This document shows positions 1 to 8,146 of a DNA stretch of 23,907 nucleotides, piece by piece. Every line of letters begins with the position of its first letter. Within the stretch, counting starts at the first letter, position 1. Under the pieces are notes generated by a model. The model had not been told where the DNA came from and searched no databases. It saw only the letters and a list, made by a program, of their open reading frames with translations. Source of the stretch: a virus (Duplodnaviria > Heunggongvirae > Uroviricota > Caudoviricetes); the IMG/VR virus record IMGVR_UViG_2711768040_000013. The stretch is one strand, 5' to 3'. A program made the position numbers and the translations under genes.

Positions 1-981
1 TTATAACGTCACTCCGCCTTTTAGTGGATTCAGAGCGACGGCATTTTGCAGGTAGTCAGGCGCAAGGTGCGCATAGGCCATCGTCTGCTGAATGCTCGCA
101 TGTCCCAGAATCTGTTGCAGTGCGATTATATTGCCCCCGTTCATCATGAAATGGCTTGCGAATGTATGCCGCAGGATGTGGGTTGCCTGATTGGGTGGTA
201 TATCAGGTTTCACTCTGCGTAAAATCCCGCAAAATTTCTCATAATCAACTTTGAATAATTTGGCGCTTGCCTCCTCTTTAACTTTTTTCTCCAGTTCCTC
301 AGAAATCGGCACGGTTCGCTTTTTACCGTTTTTGGTTTTCAGGAAGGTAACCCTGCAATTTGTAATCTGTGCTGGTTTTAGCGTGGCAACTTCCGTCCAT
401 CTTCCTCCAGTGCTCAGACATAAAAGCGCGACAAGTAAGTCATCACCAGCCAAAACATTTAACAGTTTTTCGATTTCTGCTTTTTCCAGGAACGTCATTT
501 CAGGGTTGGCCTCCGCCAGTGGCGGCAGTCCGTGAATTGGGTGTTGCCCGGAAAATTCATCCAATTGAATTAATTTTGTGAACATGCCGGATAATCGGTA
601 CATGTCACGGTTTATCGTTGCGGCACTGATACCATCACGTAGTCGTATGGAACGATAATCCATCAAAGCCCTTTTGCTCATCCGGCTCACTGGTATATCA
701 CCTATGCCGCTGATGGTTTTGAGTAGATGATTAAACTCTTTTGTTCCATGCTCGTGGTTTTGCCCGTGATATTTCCACCAGATGTCCAGCAACTCACTCA
801 AAGTTCGGCGGTCTGCTCGCTGGCCTCCCCATTCTTTCTGACTGGCATTGGCGATTGTGTATCGCTCAAATGCTAGTGCTTCAGCTTTTCTTTCGAATTT
901 CCTGCGGATGCGTTTTCCGTCGCGACCGCGAGGTCTAATGTCCACTTCATAGCGACCATCATCGAGCTTCTTAATTGCCAT
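1..981 (-). CDS. int: Tyrosine integrase (P2 Int-like)
   Basis: Track ORF 1..1011; protein from MAIKKLDDGRYEVDIRP resembles P2 Int as recalled, with C-terminal catalytic region (HILRHTFASH...AYAHL). ATG at 981 has a GGAGGG Shine-Dalgarno 7 nt upstream, the ATG at 1011 has none, so 981 is preferred; 1011 remains possible. Confidence 0.88.
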   Translation of the reverse strand: MAIKKLDDGRYEVDIRPRGRDGKRIRRKFERKAEALAFERYTIANASQKEWGGQRADRRTLSELLDIWWKYHGQNHEHGTKEFNHLLKTISGIGDIPVSRMSKRALMDYRSIRLRDGISAATINRDMYRLSGMFTKLIQLDEFSGQHPIHGLPPLAEANPEMTFLEKAEIEKLLNVLAGDDLLVALLCLSTGGRWTEVATLKPAQITNCRVTFLKTKNGKKRTVPISEELEKKVKEEASAKLFKVDYEKFCGILRRVKPDIPPNQATHILRHTFASHFMMNGGNIIALQQILGHASIQQTMAYAHLAPDYLQNAVALNPLKGGVTL

Positions 982-1050
982 AAGAAAGCCCTCCGGCGCT
1001 GTATTCACCATCTTGGTAGCAAATGGTGAAAATGTAATCTTTATATAGAG

Positions 1051-1344
1051 TTAGCCAATCCTTTTCGCGGAGTGGTTGGACTCTGTTGACTCTGGCCCAA
1101 TGTGCGCGAGAGCCGGTGCGATTTGTCCTGCGTCCGGCGCGGTTTTATCTGTCATAAGCCATAGAGCATATTTTTGGAATGTGGGATGCATAGTGATTTT
1201 TAGCAAAGCTGTGCCACCGGGTTCAAAGTTTCCTCCTTCATATTTTTTAAGTGTGCTTAGCGGTAACTCTATGATTTCACAGAATTTTGATTGGCTTAGC
1301 CCTTCAGCCTCACGCAAGGCCTTAATCTTTTCGCTTAATTTCAT
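1051..1344 (-). CDS. Immunity repressor, P2 C-like (XRE-type HTH)
   Basis: 97 aa, immediately upstream of and co-oriented with int and divergent from cox; C-terminal half (FQKYALWLMTDKTAPDAGQIAPALAHIG) resembles P2 C as recalled, N-terminal DNA-binding half differs. Confidence 0.75.
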   Translation of the reverse strand: MKLSEKIKALREAEGLSQSKFCEIIELPLSTLKKYEGGNFEPGGTALLKITMHPTFQKYALWLMTDKTAPDAGQIAPALAHIGPESTESNHSAKRIG

Positions 1345-1355
1345 TTGACATGGTG

Positions 1356-1403
1356 CCTATATAGGGACTAAATTCCCTCAAAACTGGAACCTATATAGGT
1401 TCC
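1356..1403. promoter_or_regulatory. Candidate operator/early promoter region: two direct copies of palindromic CCTATATAGG (1356-1365 and 1391-1400), the second inside a perfect 18-bp palindrome GGAACCTATATAGGTTCC (1386-1403)
   Basis: Read directly; lies between divergent repressor and cox starts; TATATA cores could double as -10 elements; P2 C is known to bind direct repeats. Confidence 0.5.
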
Positions 1404-1480
1404 ATTGATTTGAGAATAAACCAGCGTCTAAACGGTTTTGAGTGGTTTAGAAAGGGCTGGATCCTATGAGGGTACCATAT

Positions 1481-1753
1481 ATGGACGCTGAAAATTATGT
1501 GATTCAGTATCCGCTTGATGCGGTTCATGTGGATAAATTTGCTGATTTATTAGGGAAGCCAAAGACAGCCGTCAGTGAAATGGTGAAGGCAAATAAATTA
1601 CCAATTATTGAATTGCGTGATCCTTGCAAACCGAAGGCTCGTGCCGGTGAAAAATGGGTTTTCATTCCTGAGTTTAATCGCGCTGTACGTGAGGCGTTTT
1701 ATAACCGACCGGTTGAACAGCGTGATGCATGGCTTTTGTGGATGGGGTTGTGA
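1481..1753 (+). CDS. cox: Cox-like excisionase / early transcriptional repressor
   Basis: C-terminal part (PIIELRDP...RAGEKWVFIPEFN...RPVEQRDAWLLWMGL) resembles P2 Cox as recalled; GAGGG Shine-Dalgarno 7 nt before ATG 1481; in-frame ATG at 1466 is an alternative. Confidence 0.7.
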   Translation: MDAENYVIQYPLDAVHVDKFADLLGKPKTAVSEMVKANKLPIIELRDPCKPKARAGEKWVFIPEFNRAVREAFYNRPVEQRDAWLLWMGL

Positions 1754-1755
1754 TT

Positions 1756-1926
1756 ATGAATGAGCCGCGTTGTATTGCTCAGTTACTGCGTAACGAAAGC
1801 CCCAGGGCGATTGACTTCACCATCACCCACGGGAAGGGGCGCAAGGGAATCATTATCCGCACCAAAAAACAGAGTCCGTTAAAGAAGGCTCTGACCTTTC
1901 TGAAAAGCCGGAGGGTATGGAAATGA
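1756..1926 (+). CDS. Hypothetical small early protein (56 aa)
   Basis: ATG 3 nt after cox stop; its stop overlaps the next start (ATGA at 1923-1926); no recognised domain. Confidence 0.4.
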   Translation: MNEPRCIAQLLRNESPRAIDFTITHGKGRKGIIIRTKKQSPLKKALTFLKSRRVWK

Positions 1927-2423
1927 CAGTGATGACGCTTAATCTCGTTGAGAAACAGCCAGCAGCTATGCGCCGGATAATTGGTAAGCATCTTGCCGTC
2001 CCTCGCTGGCAGGATACATGTGATTATTATAATCAGATGATGGAGCGCGAACGGTTAACGGTTTGCTTTCATGCGCAGTTAAAACAGCGTCACGCAACGA
2101 TGCGTTTTGAAGAAATGAACGACGTCGAACGTGAACGGCTGGTTTGTGCAATTGATGAATTGCGTGGGGCATTCTCAAAACGCCGTCAGGTTGGCGCAAG
2201 TGAGTATGCATATATTAGTTTTTTAACAGTCAGTCAGCGTCGTACTTTATTTATGCATGCCGGATTGACTGAAAAAGAATTCAACCAGCCATACTGGCGA
2301 ATTAATGAAGAATCATGTTACTGGCGTGATGCTTTATTCCGTGCATTACGTGAATTATTCAGTCTGTTTGAGTATGCACCGACAATTCTGACGTCGGTAA
2401 AACCAGAGCAATATCTGCATTAA
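1923..2423 (+). CDS. P2 B-like replication protein (putative helicase-loading function)
   Basis: 166 aa from ATG 1923 (GGAGGG Shine-Dalgarno 7 nt upstream), same length and position as P2 gene B; assignment by synteny and length, not by recognised sequence. Confidence 0.5.
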   Translation: MTVMTLNLVEKQPAAMRRIIGKHLAVPRWQDTCDYYNQMMERERLTVCFHAQLKQRHATMRFEEMNDVERERLVCAIDELRGAFSKRRQVGASEYAYISFLTVSQRRTLFMHAGLTEKEFNQPYWRINEESCYWRDALFRALRELFSLFEYAPTILTSVKPEQYLH

Positions 2424-2486
2424 GTAATTAACCAGAGTTTTTAACGCACTTAATTGTGCGGGGCTTCTTTTTGCCTGGAGAAAGTC

Positions 2487-2711
2487 ATGCATACAGTTTC
2501 TGAAAATCAGTGCGGTAAATACGCATTACTGCTGCAACAGGCCAGAGCCGAAGCACAGGCCGACGCAGCGACGCGCTTTTCTTCTCATCTTGACGCCATG
2601 ATTCGCCACATCACAAAGGCGGAGTTATCCCGCGTGGAGATAGTCGAGCTGCTCAGTCAGGAGTCGGAAAAATTTCACAACATCGGATTGTCTCGCGGGG
2701 AGGTGCTTTGA
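2487..2711 (+). CDS. Hypothetical early protein (74 aa)
   Basis: ATG 2487 with GGAG Shine-Dalgarno; stop overlaps next start (TGATG); position equivalent to P2 orf80. Confidence 0.5.
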   Translation: MHTVSENQCGKYALLLQQARAEAQADAATRFSSHLDAMIRHITKAELSRVEIVELLSQESEKFHNIGLSRGEVL

Positions 2712-3013
2712 TGTCCTGTTCTCATTCAGTTGTATTACTGAACAATGCCTTAAAAATCGCCGTTATGAAAAATGGCGATTTGTCTCTTATTCAACTTGGT
2801 CTTGATAAAGAAAAACGCGAAATAACTGAATCTGTTTTCGCGATTTATCAGAACGAATTAAATCTCCTGTCTGATGTGGTCAATTTACTTGTTAAACGCG
2901 CTGTATTTCATAAGCAAATTTCATCCGTGGATGAACTGACAAAATTAACGACAGAAATCGCCAGCTATTGCGCTGATGAATTTAAGAAGCTGAACGACAA
3001 AAGGAGCTGGTAA
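2711..3013 (+). CDS. Hypothetical early protein (100 aa)
   Basis: ATG 2711 with GGGGAGG Shine-Dalgarno; translationally coupled to neighbours; position equivalent to P2 orf81. Confidence 0.5.
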   Translation: MSCSHSVVLLNNALKIAVMKNGDLSLIQLGLDKEKREITESVFAIYQNELNLLSDVVNLLVKRAVFHKQISSVDELTKLTTEIASYCADEFKKLNDKRSW

Positions 3014-3237
3014 TGCCGGACAACGTAGATTTTATTCAGGAACAACAGGCTGAATTACTGGAGCGCCAGATTAACGCGGCAAGGGTAAAGCATTGCGGTG
3101 TTTCTGCGCTGGTTTGCGAAGAGTGTGACGCGCCAATACCTGCTGCCCGTCGTGCGGCTTATCCGTCAGTCACGCGTTGTGTTTCCTGCCAGTCAGTCTT
3201 TGAAGCAAAAAACAAGCATTACCGGAGAATGGCATGA
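3013..3237 (+). CDS. TraR/DksA-family C4 zinc-finger protein
   Basis: 74 aa with CxxC...CxxC (CEECDAPIP...CVSCQ); AAGGAG Shine-Dalgarno 6 nt upstream; position equivalent to P2 orf82. Confidence 0.7.
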   Translation: MPDNVDFIQEQQAELLERQINAARVKHCGVSALVCEECDAPIPAARRAAYPSVTRCVSCQSVFEAKNKHYRRMA

Positions 3238-3509
3238 GTATTCGTATTGAAATTGGCGAACGTTATGTCGTTACCAGTGACAGCTTTCAGTTTATTCTCC
3301 ACGAGAAAAAGAGAGCTGAAAGTGGTAAAAACGCCGGTCAGGAATGGCTGGCGGTGGTTGGTTATTACCCGAAATTAAGCCAGCTCGTTTCCGGCATGAT
3401 GCATCACGATATTCTGACCGGAAGCGCAAAGTCTTTTGCTGATTTAAACGCGCAGGTTGAGCAACTCAGCAAGCGTTGTTCAGAGGCTTTTGGCTCACAT
3501 GGCCGTTAA
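3234..3509 (+). CDS. Hypothetical early protein (91 aa)
   Basis: ATG 3234 overlapping previous stop (ATGA); position equivalent to P2 orf83. Confidence 0.5.
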   Translation: MSIRIEIGERYVVTSDSFQFILHEKKRAESGKNAGQEWLAVVGYYPKLSQLVSGMMHHDILTGSAKSFADLNAQVEQLSKRCSEAFGSHGR

Positions 3510-5775
3510 AGCCTCCGGGCATTTTGTCCCTCCGTCAGCATTTGCCGCAGGCACCGGTAAGACGTTTACCGGTGCTTATGCATGGAACGCGCCACGCGAG
3601 GCCGTCGGGCGCGAAAGACCCCTTACACGTGACGAGATGCGTCAGGTGCAAGGTGTTTTATCCACGATTAACCGCCTGCCTTACTTTTTGCGCTCGCTGT
3701 TTACTTCACGCTATGACTACATCCGGCGCAATAAAAGCCCGGTGCACGGGTTTTATTTCCTCACATCCACTTTTCAGCGTCGTTTATGGCCGCGCATTGA
3801 GCGCGTGAATCAGCGCCATGAAATGAACACCGACGCGTCGTTGCTGTTTCTGGCAGAGCGCGACCATTATGCGCGCCTGCCGGGGATGAATGACAAGGAG
3901 CTGAAAAAGTTTGCCGCCCGTATCTCATCACAGCTTTTCATGATGTATGAGGAACTCTGCGATGCCTGGGTGGATGCGCATGGCGAGAAAGAATCGCTGT
4001 TTACGGATGAGGCGCAGGCTCACCTCTATGGTCATGTTGCTGGCGCTGCACGTGCTTTCAATATTTCCCCTCTCTACTGGAAAAAATACCGTAAAGGACA
4101 GATGACCACGAGGCAGGCATATTCTGCCATTGCCCGCCTGTTTAACGATGAGTGGTGGACTCATCAGCTTAAAGGCCAGCGTATGCGCTGGCATGAGGCG
4201 TTACTGATTGCTGTCGGGGAGGTCAATAAAGACCGTTCTCCTTATGCCAGTAAACATGCCATTCGTGATGTGCGTGCGCGCCGCCAGGCAAATCTGGAGT
4301 TTCTTAAATCGTGTGACCTTGAGAACAGGGAAACCGGCGAGCGCATCGACCTTATCAGTAAGGTGATGGGCAGTATTTCTAATCCTGAAATTCGCCGGAT
4401 GGAGCTGATGAACACCATTGCCGGTATTGAGCGTTACGCCGCTGCAGAGGGTGACGTGGGGATGTTTATCACGCTGACCGCGCCGTCAAAGTATCACCCG
4501 ACACGTCAGGTCGGAAAAGGCGAAAGTAAAACCGTGCAGCTTAATCACGGCTGGAACGATGAGGCATTTAATCCAAAGGATGCGCAGCGTTATCTCTGCC
4601 GTATCTGGAGCCTGATGCGCACGGCATTCAAGGATAATGATTTACAGGTCTACGGTTTGCGTGTCGTCGAGCCACACCACGACGGAACGCCGCACTGGCA
4701 TATGATGCTTTTTTGTAATCCACGCCAGCGTAACCAGATTATTGAAATCATGCGTCGCTACGCGCTCAAAGAGGATGGAGACGAAAGAGGAGCCGCGCGA
4801 AACCGTTTTCAGGCAAAACATCTTAACCGGGGCGGTGCTGCGGGGTATATCGCGAAATACATCTCAAAAAATATCGACGGCTATGCACTGGATGGTCAGC
4901 TCGATAATGATACCGGCAGACCGCTGAAAGATACTGCCGCGGCTGTTACCGCATGGGCGTCAACGTGGCGCATCCCGCAATTTAAAACGGTTGGTCTGCC
5001 GACAATGGGGGCTTACCGTGAACTACGCAAATTGCCTCGCGGCGTCAGCATTGCTGATGAGTTTGACGAGCGCGTCGAGGCTGCACGCGCCGCTGCAGAC
5101 AGTGGTGATTTTGCGTTGTATATCAGCGCGCAGGGCGGGGCAAATGTCCCGCGCGATTGTCAGACTGTCAGGGTCGCCCGTAGCCCGTCGGATGACGTTA
5201 ACGAGTACGAGGAAGAAGTCGAGAGAGTGGTCGGCATTTACGCGCCGCATCTCGGCGCGCGTCATATTCATATCACCAGAACCACGGACTGGCGCATTGT
5301 GCCGAAAGTGCCGGTCGTTGAGCCTTTGACTTTAAAAAGCGGCATCGCCGCGCCTCGGAGTCCTGTCAATAACTGTGGAAAGCTCACCGGTGGTGATACT
5401 TCGTTACCGGCTCCCACACCTTCTGAACACGCCGCAGCAGTGCTTAATCTGGTTGATGACGGTGTTATCGAATGGAATGACCCGGAGGTCGTGAGGGCGC
5501 TCAGGGGCGCATTAAAATACGGGCTGAGAACACCAAATCGTCAGCAGAGAAACGGAAGCCCGTTAAAACCACATGAAATTGCACCATCGGCCAGACTGAC
5601 CCGGTCGGAAAGAATGCAAATTACCCGTATCCGCGTTGACCTTGCTCAGAACGGTATCAGGCCGCAGCGATGGGAGCTTGAGGCGCTGGCGCGTGGCGCG
5701 ACCGTAAATTATGACGGGAAACCTTTCACTTATCAGGTCGCTGATGATTGGCCGGGATTTTTGTTACCCATTTGA
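3499..5775 (+). CDS. A: Rolling-circle replication initiator endonuclease (P2 gpA-like)
   Basis: Protein from MAVKASGHFVPPSAFAAGTGK resembles P2 A as recalled; HUH-type metal-binding motif HWHMMLF and tyrosine motif YIAKYISKN present; track start 3457 would add 14 residues and a longer overlap. Confidence 0.88.
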   Translation: MAVKASGHFVPPSAFAAGTGKTFTGAYAWNAPREAVGRERPLTRDEMRQVQGVLSTINRLPYFLRSLFTSRYDYIRRNKSPVHGFYFLTSTFQRRLWPRIERVNQRHEMNTDASLLFLAERDHYARLPGMNDKELKKFAARISSQLFMMYEELCDAWVDAHGEKESLFTDEAQAHLYGHVAGAARAFNISPLYWKKYRKGQMTTRQAYSAIARLFNDEWWTHQLKGQRMRWHEALLIAVGEVNKDRSPYASKHAIRDVRARRQANLEFLKSCDLENRETGERIDLISKVMGSISNPEIRRMELMNTIAGIERYAAAEGDVGMFITLTAPSKYHPTRQVGKGESKTVQLNHGWNDEAFNPKDAQRYLCRIWSLMRTAFKDNDLQVYGLRVVEPHHDGTPHWHMMLFCNPRQRNQIIEIMRRYALKEDGDERGAARNRFQAKHLNRGGAAGYIAKYISKNIDGYALDGQLDNDTGRPLKDTAAAVTAWASTWRIPQFKTVGLPTMGAYRELRKLPRGVSIADEFDERVEAARAAADSGDFALYISAQGGANVPRDCQTVRVARSPSDDVNEYEEEVERVVGIYAPHLGARHIHITRTTDWRIVPKVPVVEPLTLKSGIAAPRSPVNNCGKLTGGDTSLPAPTPSEHAAAVLNLVDDGVIEWNDPEVVRALRGALKYGLRTPNRQQRNGSPLKPHEIAPSARLTRSERMQITRIRVDLAQNGIRPQRWELEALARGATVNYDGKPFTYQVADDWPGFLLPI

Positions 5776-6035
5776 GTAAAAATACAGCGTGATTTTATAT
5801 GTCTTTGAATGGATTATGCGAAGCACCTCTAAGGTAGATGAGGAGCAATAGCGTGTTGAATCAGAAGGCTAAATTGTATTGAATCGTTAGCATGTAATTG
5901 AAGGCAGCTATTTGATTCGAGTCATAAAAGAGCATCTATTTCGGTTAATAAAACCATTGCGAGTGACTTTATGTCGAAGCATAATTCATCTCGAGCGAAG
6001 TCTTGCTAGTCTTTCATCGGATTGATGACGGGCGC

Positions 6036-6066
6036 AAAAAAACCACCCTGGCAGGTGGTTTTTTTG
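6036..6066. terminator. Bidirectional rho-independent terminator
   Basis: AAAAAAACCACC-CTGGCA-GGTGGTTTTTTT: perfect GC-containing stem flanked by A-tract and T-tract; about 260 bp after the gene A stop. Confidence 0.75.
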
Positions 6067-6077
6067 TTTGAAGCATA

Positions 6078-6191
6078 CTAAAGAAAAATACTTACATGGA
6101 TATTACTGACGTTTACTGACAAACCACTCGGACTACCATATGGATAGCCAAAGAGGGCCAGAACGAGAATGCAGTAATAGCACTTCTTCAT
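6078..6191 (-). CDS. Small hydrophobic peptide (37 aa, MKKCYYCILVLALFGYPYGSPSGLSVNVSNIHVSIFL), function unknown
   Basis: ATG at 6191 with AGGAGG 4 nt upstream on the minus strand; stop about 12 nt before the bidirectional terminator; below the 60-aa track cut-off; hand translation. Confidence 0.3.
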   Translation of the reverse strand: MKKCYYCILVLALFGYPYGSPSGLSVNVSNIHVSIFL

Positions 6192-6847
6192 ATCGCCTCC
6201 TGTAAGCAGAGGGCAATTTCCGCCGATATATGCGCTTCTAAGGCGGAGTGACTATTGAGCGAAGTCTTGCCCTGAAATAATGCTCTGTTTAAACGCAAAG
6301 TGATCTGGCATATCACTGAACAGAGAACCTGAACAACACAACATATAGTATGTCGTTGTTTCTGGTTGCATTTTATGTTGTGTAATACTGGTTTTGCATC
6401 AAGGATGTTTGAGCTTTTTTTGATATAGCTCAAAGTAAAAAGCAGAGACTACGGATGATAAGGTCTTGAAAGCAATGTAAATTTTTTAAAGTTGTGAGTG
6501 GCTAGAAATGCACAGTTTCAATATGGCGGATTTAAACAAGTAATTAAAAATAGCGCCATAAATTCCAATAAAATCATTATGTTGCGTTTTCTGTGGAAAC
6601 TGCGGTGACTCTGAAATTTTCTTTTAGTGTCGCTGAGGTTTAACAACTCGCTGCGCAAGTAGTTAGTGTTTTTTTAACTCAATATCCTGATTTATAAGGT
6701 TTTTTATAAATCGTTGGCTGATTGCGCGTATTCATCTCGTGTTATCAGCAAAGATAAGCGCTATATGCAAAACTGAATGCATATATGATGTCGAAAATGT
6801 TATGGGAAAACGTGGATTAGTGTTATAGTAATGGCTGAAAAACAGCC

Positions 6848-6876
6848 TTGACATAAAATAACAACTGTGATATGGC
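6848..6876 (+). promoter_or_regulatory. Candidate sigma70 promoter for the peptidase gene (perfect -35 TTGACA, weak -10 near TATGGC)
   Basis: TTGACA at 6848-6853 with a poor -10 about 17 bp downstream, roughly 40 bp before the ATG at 6913. Confidence 0.3.
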
Positions 6877-6912
6877 TGTGCATACTTAACTTTTTTAACG
6901 TAGGAGGCAACC

Positions 6913-7398
6913 ATGAGCTATGCAGCTAAAAAACTGCTTGACCGCTATTGGGATCGCCGACTACCTGTCGATCCGTTTAAGCTTGCTAAAGCGTGGGGTG
7001 CTCGTGTTGAAGCACTTGAGGAATCGGCTTATAACAACGATGGGTTAAGCGGTCTGGCTGTCATCAAAAAGGGTGTCCATAGGATTTATTTTGATTCTAG
7101 TGAACATTCTAATCGTCAACGTTTTACTGTTGCACACGAGTTAGGTCATCATGTGCTGGGGCATACCCAGGACGGAGAGTACCATCGGGATAATGTCGGG
7201 AATTATTCAACAGGTGCTCGTGATTACCGTGAGGTTGAAGCAAACAAGTTTGCTGCTGAGTTGTTAATGCCTGAGTCTGCTATACGTCAATTGGTATCCA
7301 GAGAAGGTATTGATAGCACTTTGAGATTAGCAAGCATCTTTAATGTATCAGAAGCCGCTATGCATTGGCGCTTAAAGAGCTTAGGAATGGCTTATTAA
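6913..7398 (+). CDS. ImmA/IrrE-family (COG2856-like) zinc metallopeptidase, standalone
   Basis: HEXXH motif HELGH at 7135-7149 within FTVAHELGHHVLGH, followed by EVEANKFAAELLMPE as in ImmA/IrrE peptidases; AGGAGG Shine-Dalgarno 5 nt before the ATG; no HTH domain in the protein or in an adjacent ORF. Confidence 0.7.
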   Translation: MSYAAKKLLDRYWDRRLPVDPFKLAKAWGARVEALEESAYNNDGLSGLAVIKKGVHRIYFDSSEHSNRQRFTVAHELGHHVLGHTQDGEYHRDNVGNYSTGARDYREVEANKFAAELLMPESAIRQLVSREGIDSTLRLASIFNVSEAAMHWRLKSLGMAY

Positions 7399-7424
7399 TT
7401 AGCCTTTAACTTTTAACCTGTTTA

Positions 7425-7464
7425 AAATCACCTTTACGTTTGTACATGTAAGGGTGATTTTTTT
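7425..7464 (+). terminator. Hairpin plus T7 tract (terminator-like) directly abutting the next start codon
   Basis: AAATCACCTTTAC pairs with GTAAGGGTGATTT (13-bp stem, one U-G wobble), then TTTTTTT 7458-7464; the ATG of the next ORF starts at 7465 and its GGGTGA ribosome-binding site lies in the 3' arm. Confidence 0.55.
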
Positions 7465-8064
7465 ATGGCTGATATTGATTTATCTGGACAGTCCCCAGAG
7501 CAAGGAACCACTCCTAAGGGCGATTTAGATCCTGATATCCTTATAAGGCGAGATCGACGCGATGGTATAGAGCGTAGAAGTATGCGATTAGTGCTCTCTG
7601 CCGTTGTGCTTTGTTTTGCTTGTACATTTCTATGGCAGGGGCTTAACTTTGCTTTGGCTGTTGGAAATGGCTTGCTGGAAGCGAAAAGCAGTATTGCCAC
7701 AGCGATAACACAAAAAGTAGATGCACAAACTTGTGTTTCAGCAGAAAAATGTTCTGCTTTATCTGCGGATCCGAAGATGGCTGATGAGAGGATAACACCA
7801 TCTTCAGACACTAATAAAGTTAGAAAATCTATTTCTGGTTTATCCACCGATTGGTTATCGGCCAGTTCTCTAATAGCTATTGTTGCATTCATCCTTGGTG
7901 TGGGTTTAACTTTGCTTTTGACTCTTCTTAAATCAGCATTTCAACACCCGACAGATAAAGACTTTAGAACAAAGTCGACATCTAATACTATTGAGTTGGC
8001 CACGCCAATCAGTGAATTAATAATTGGTGTTCTGAATATAATTAAAGACAAACTATCTAAGTAA
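7465..8064 (+). CDS. Membrane protein with two predicted transmembrane segments (199 aa), function unknown
   Basis: Hydrophobic stretches LVLSAVVLCFACTFLWQGLNFALAV and LIAIVAFILGVGLTLLLTLL; basic N-terminus (RRDRRDGIERR); start uncertain (internal ATG at 7582 possible). Confidence 0.55.
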   Translation: MADIDLSGQSPEQGTTPKGDLDPDILIRRDRRDGIERRSMRLVLSAVVLCFACTFLWQGLNFALAVGNGLLEAKSSIATAITQKVDAQTCVSAEKCSALSADPKMADERITPSSDTNKVRKSISGLSTDWLSASSLIAIVAFILGVGLTLLLTLLKSAFQHPTDKDFRTKSTSNTIELATPISELIIGVLNIIKDKLSK

Positions 8065-8106
8065 AGCATTAGTTGTGATTTTTTATTGGTTTTAGTGATA
8101 ATACAT

Positions 8107-8140
8107 CTCCAGTACTTATTGCTACTGGAGAGTATTTTTA
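8107..8140 (+). terminator. Hairpin CTCCAGTA-N8-TACTGGAG plus T-rich tail between convergent genes
   Basis: Perfect 8-bp inverted repeat 8107-8114 / 8123-8130 followed by AGTATTTTTA. Confidence 0.45.
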
Positions 8141-8146
8141 GTCGTT

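Larger units (their letters stand above)
5993..6270. repeat. Imperfect direct repeat pair: GAGTGACT...GAGCGAAGTCTTGC at 5961-6006 and 6246-6270 (14-bp exact cores at 5993-6006 and 6257-6270)
   Basis: Read directly; the copies flank the terminator and the small minus-strand ORF. Confidence 0.6.

Noticed and set aside
982-1011. Longer integrase start at 1011
   Set aside because: No Shine-Dalgarno sequence precedes it, while ATG 981 has GGAGGG at ideal spacing; the 1011 start is still possible.
2441-2475. Possible terminator after gene B (GCAC-TTAATT-GTGC followed by a T-rich run)
   Set aside because: Stem is only 4 bp and the T-tract is interrupted; too weak to call.
3457-3498. Upstream start for gene A at 3457 (track start)
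   Set aside because: It adds 14 residues absent from P2 A as recalled and lengthens the overlap with the upstream ORF; ATG 3499 preferred, though 3457 cannot be excluded.
6188-6433. 81-aa minus-strand ORF in the AT-rich region after gene A
   Set aside because: Begins at a non-ATG codon with no clear ribosome-binding site and has an odd composition; kept only as context because its stop overlaps the start of the 37-codon ORF.
6732-6914. 60-aa minus-strand ORF overlapping the start of the ImmA-like gene
   Set aside because: Overlaps the promoter and Shine-Dalgarno region of the peptidase gene; no ribosome-binding site; likely a chance frame in AT-rich DNA.
7434-7892. 152-aa minus-strand ORF antisense to the membrane-protein gene
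   Set aside because: Either this or the plus-strand ORF is real; the plus-strand ORF has clear transmembrane segments and a co-oriented upstream gene, so the antisense frame was not called.
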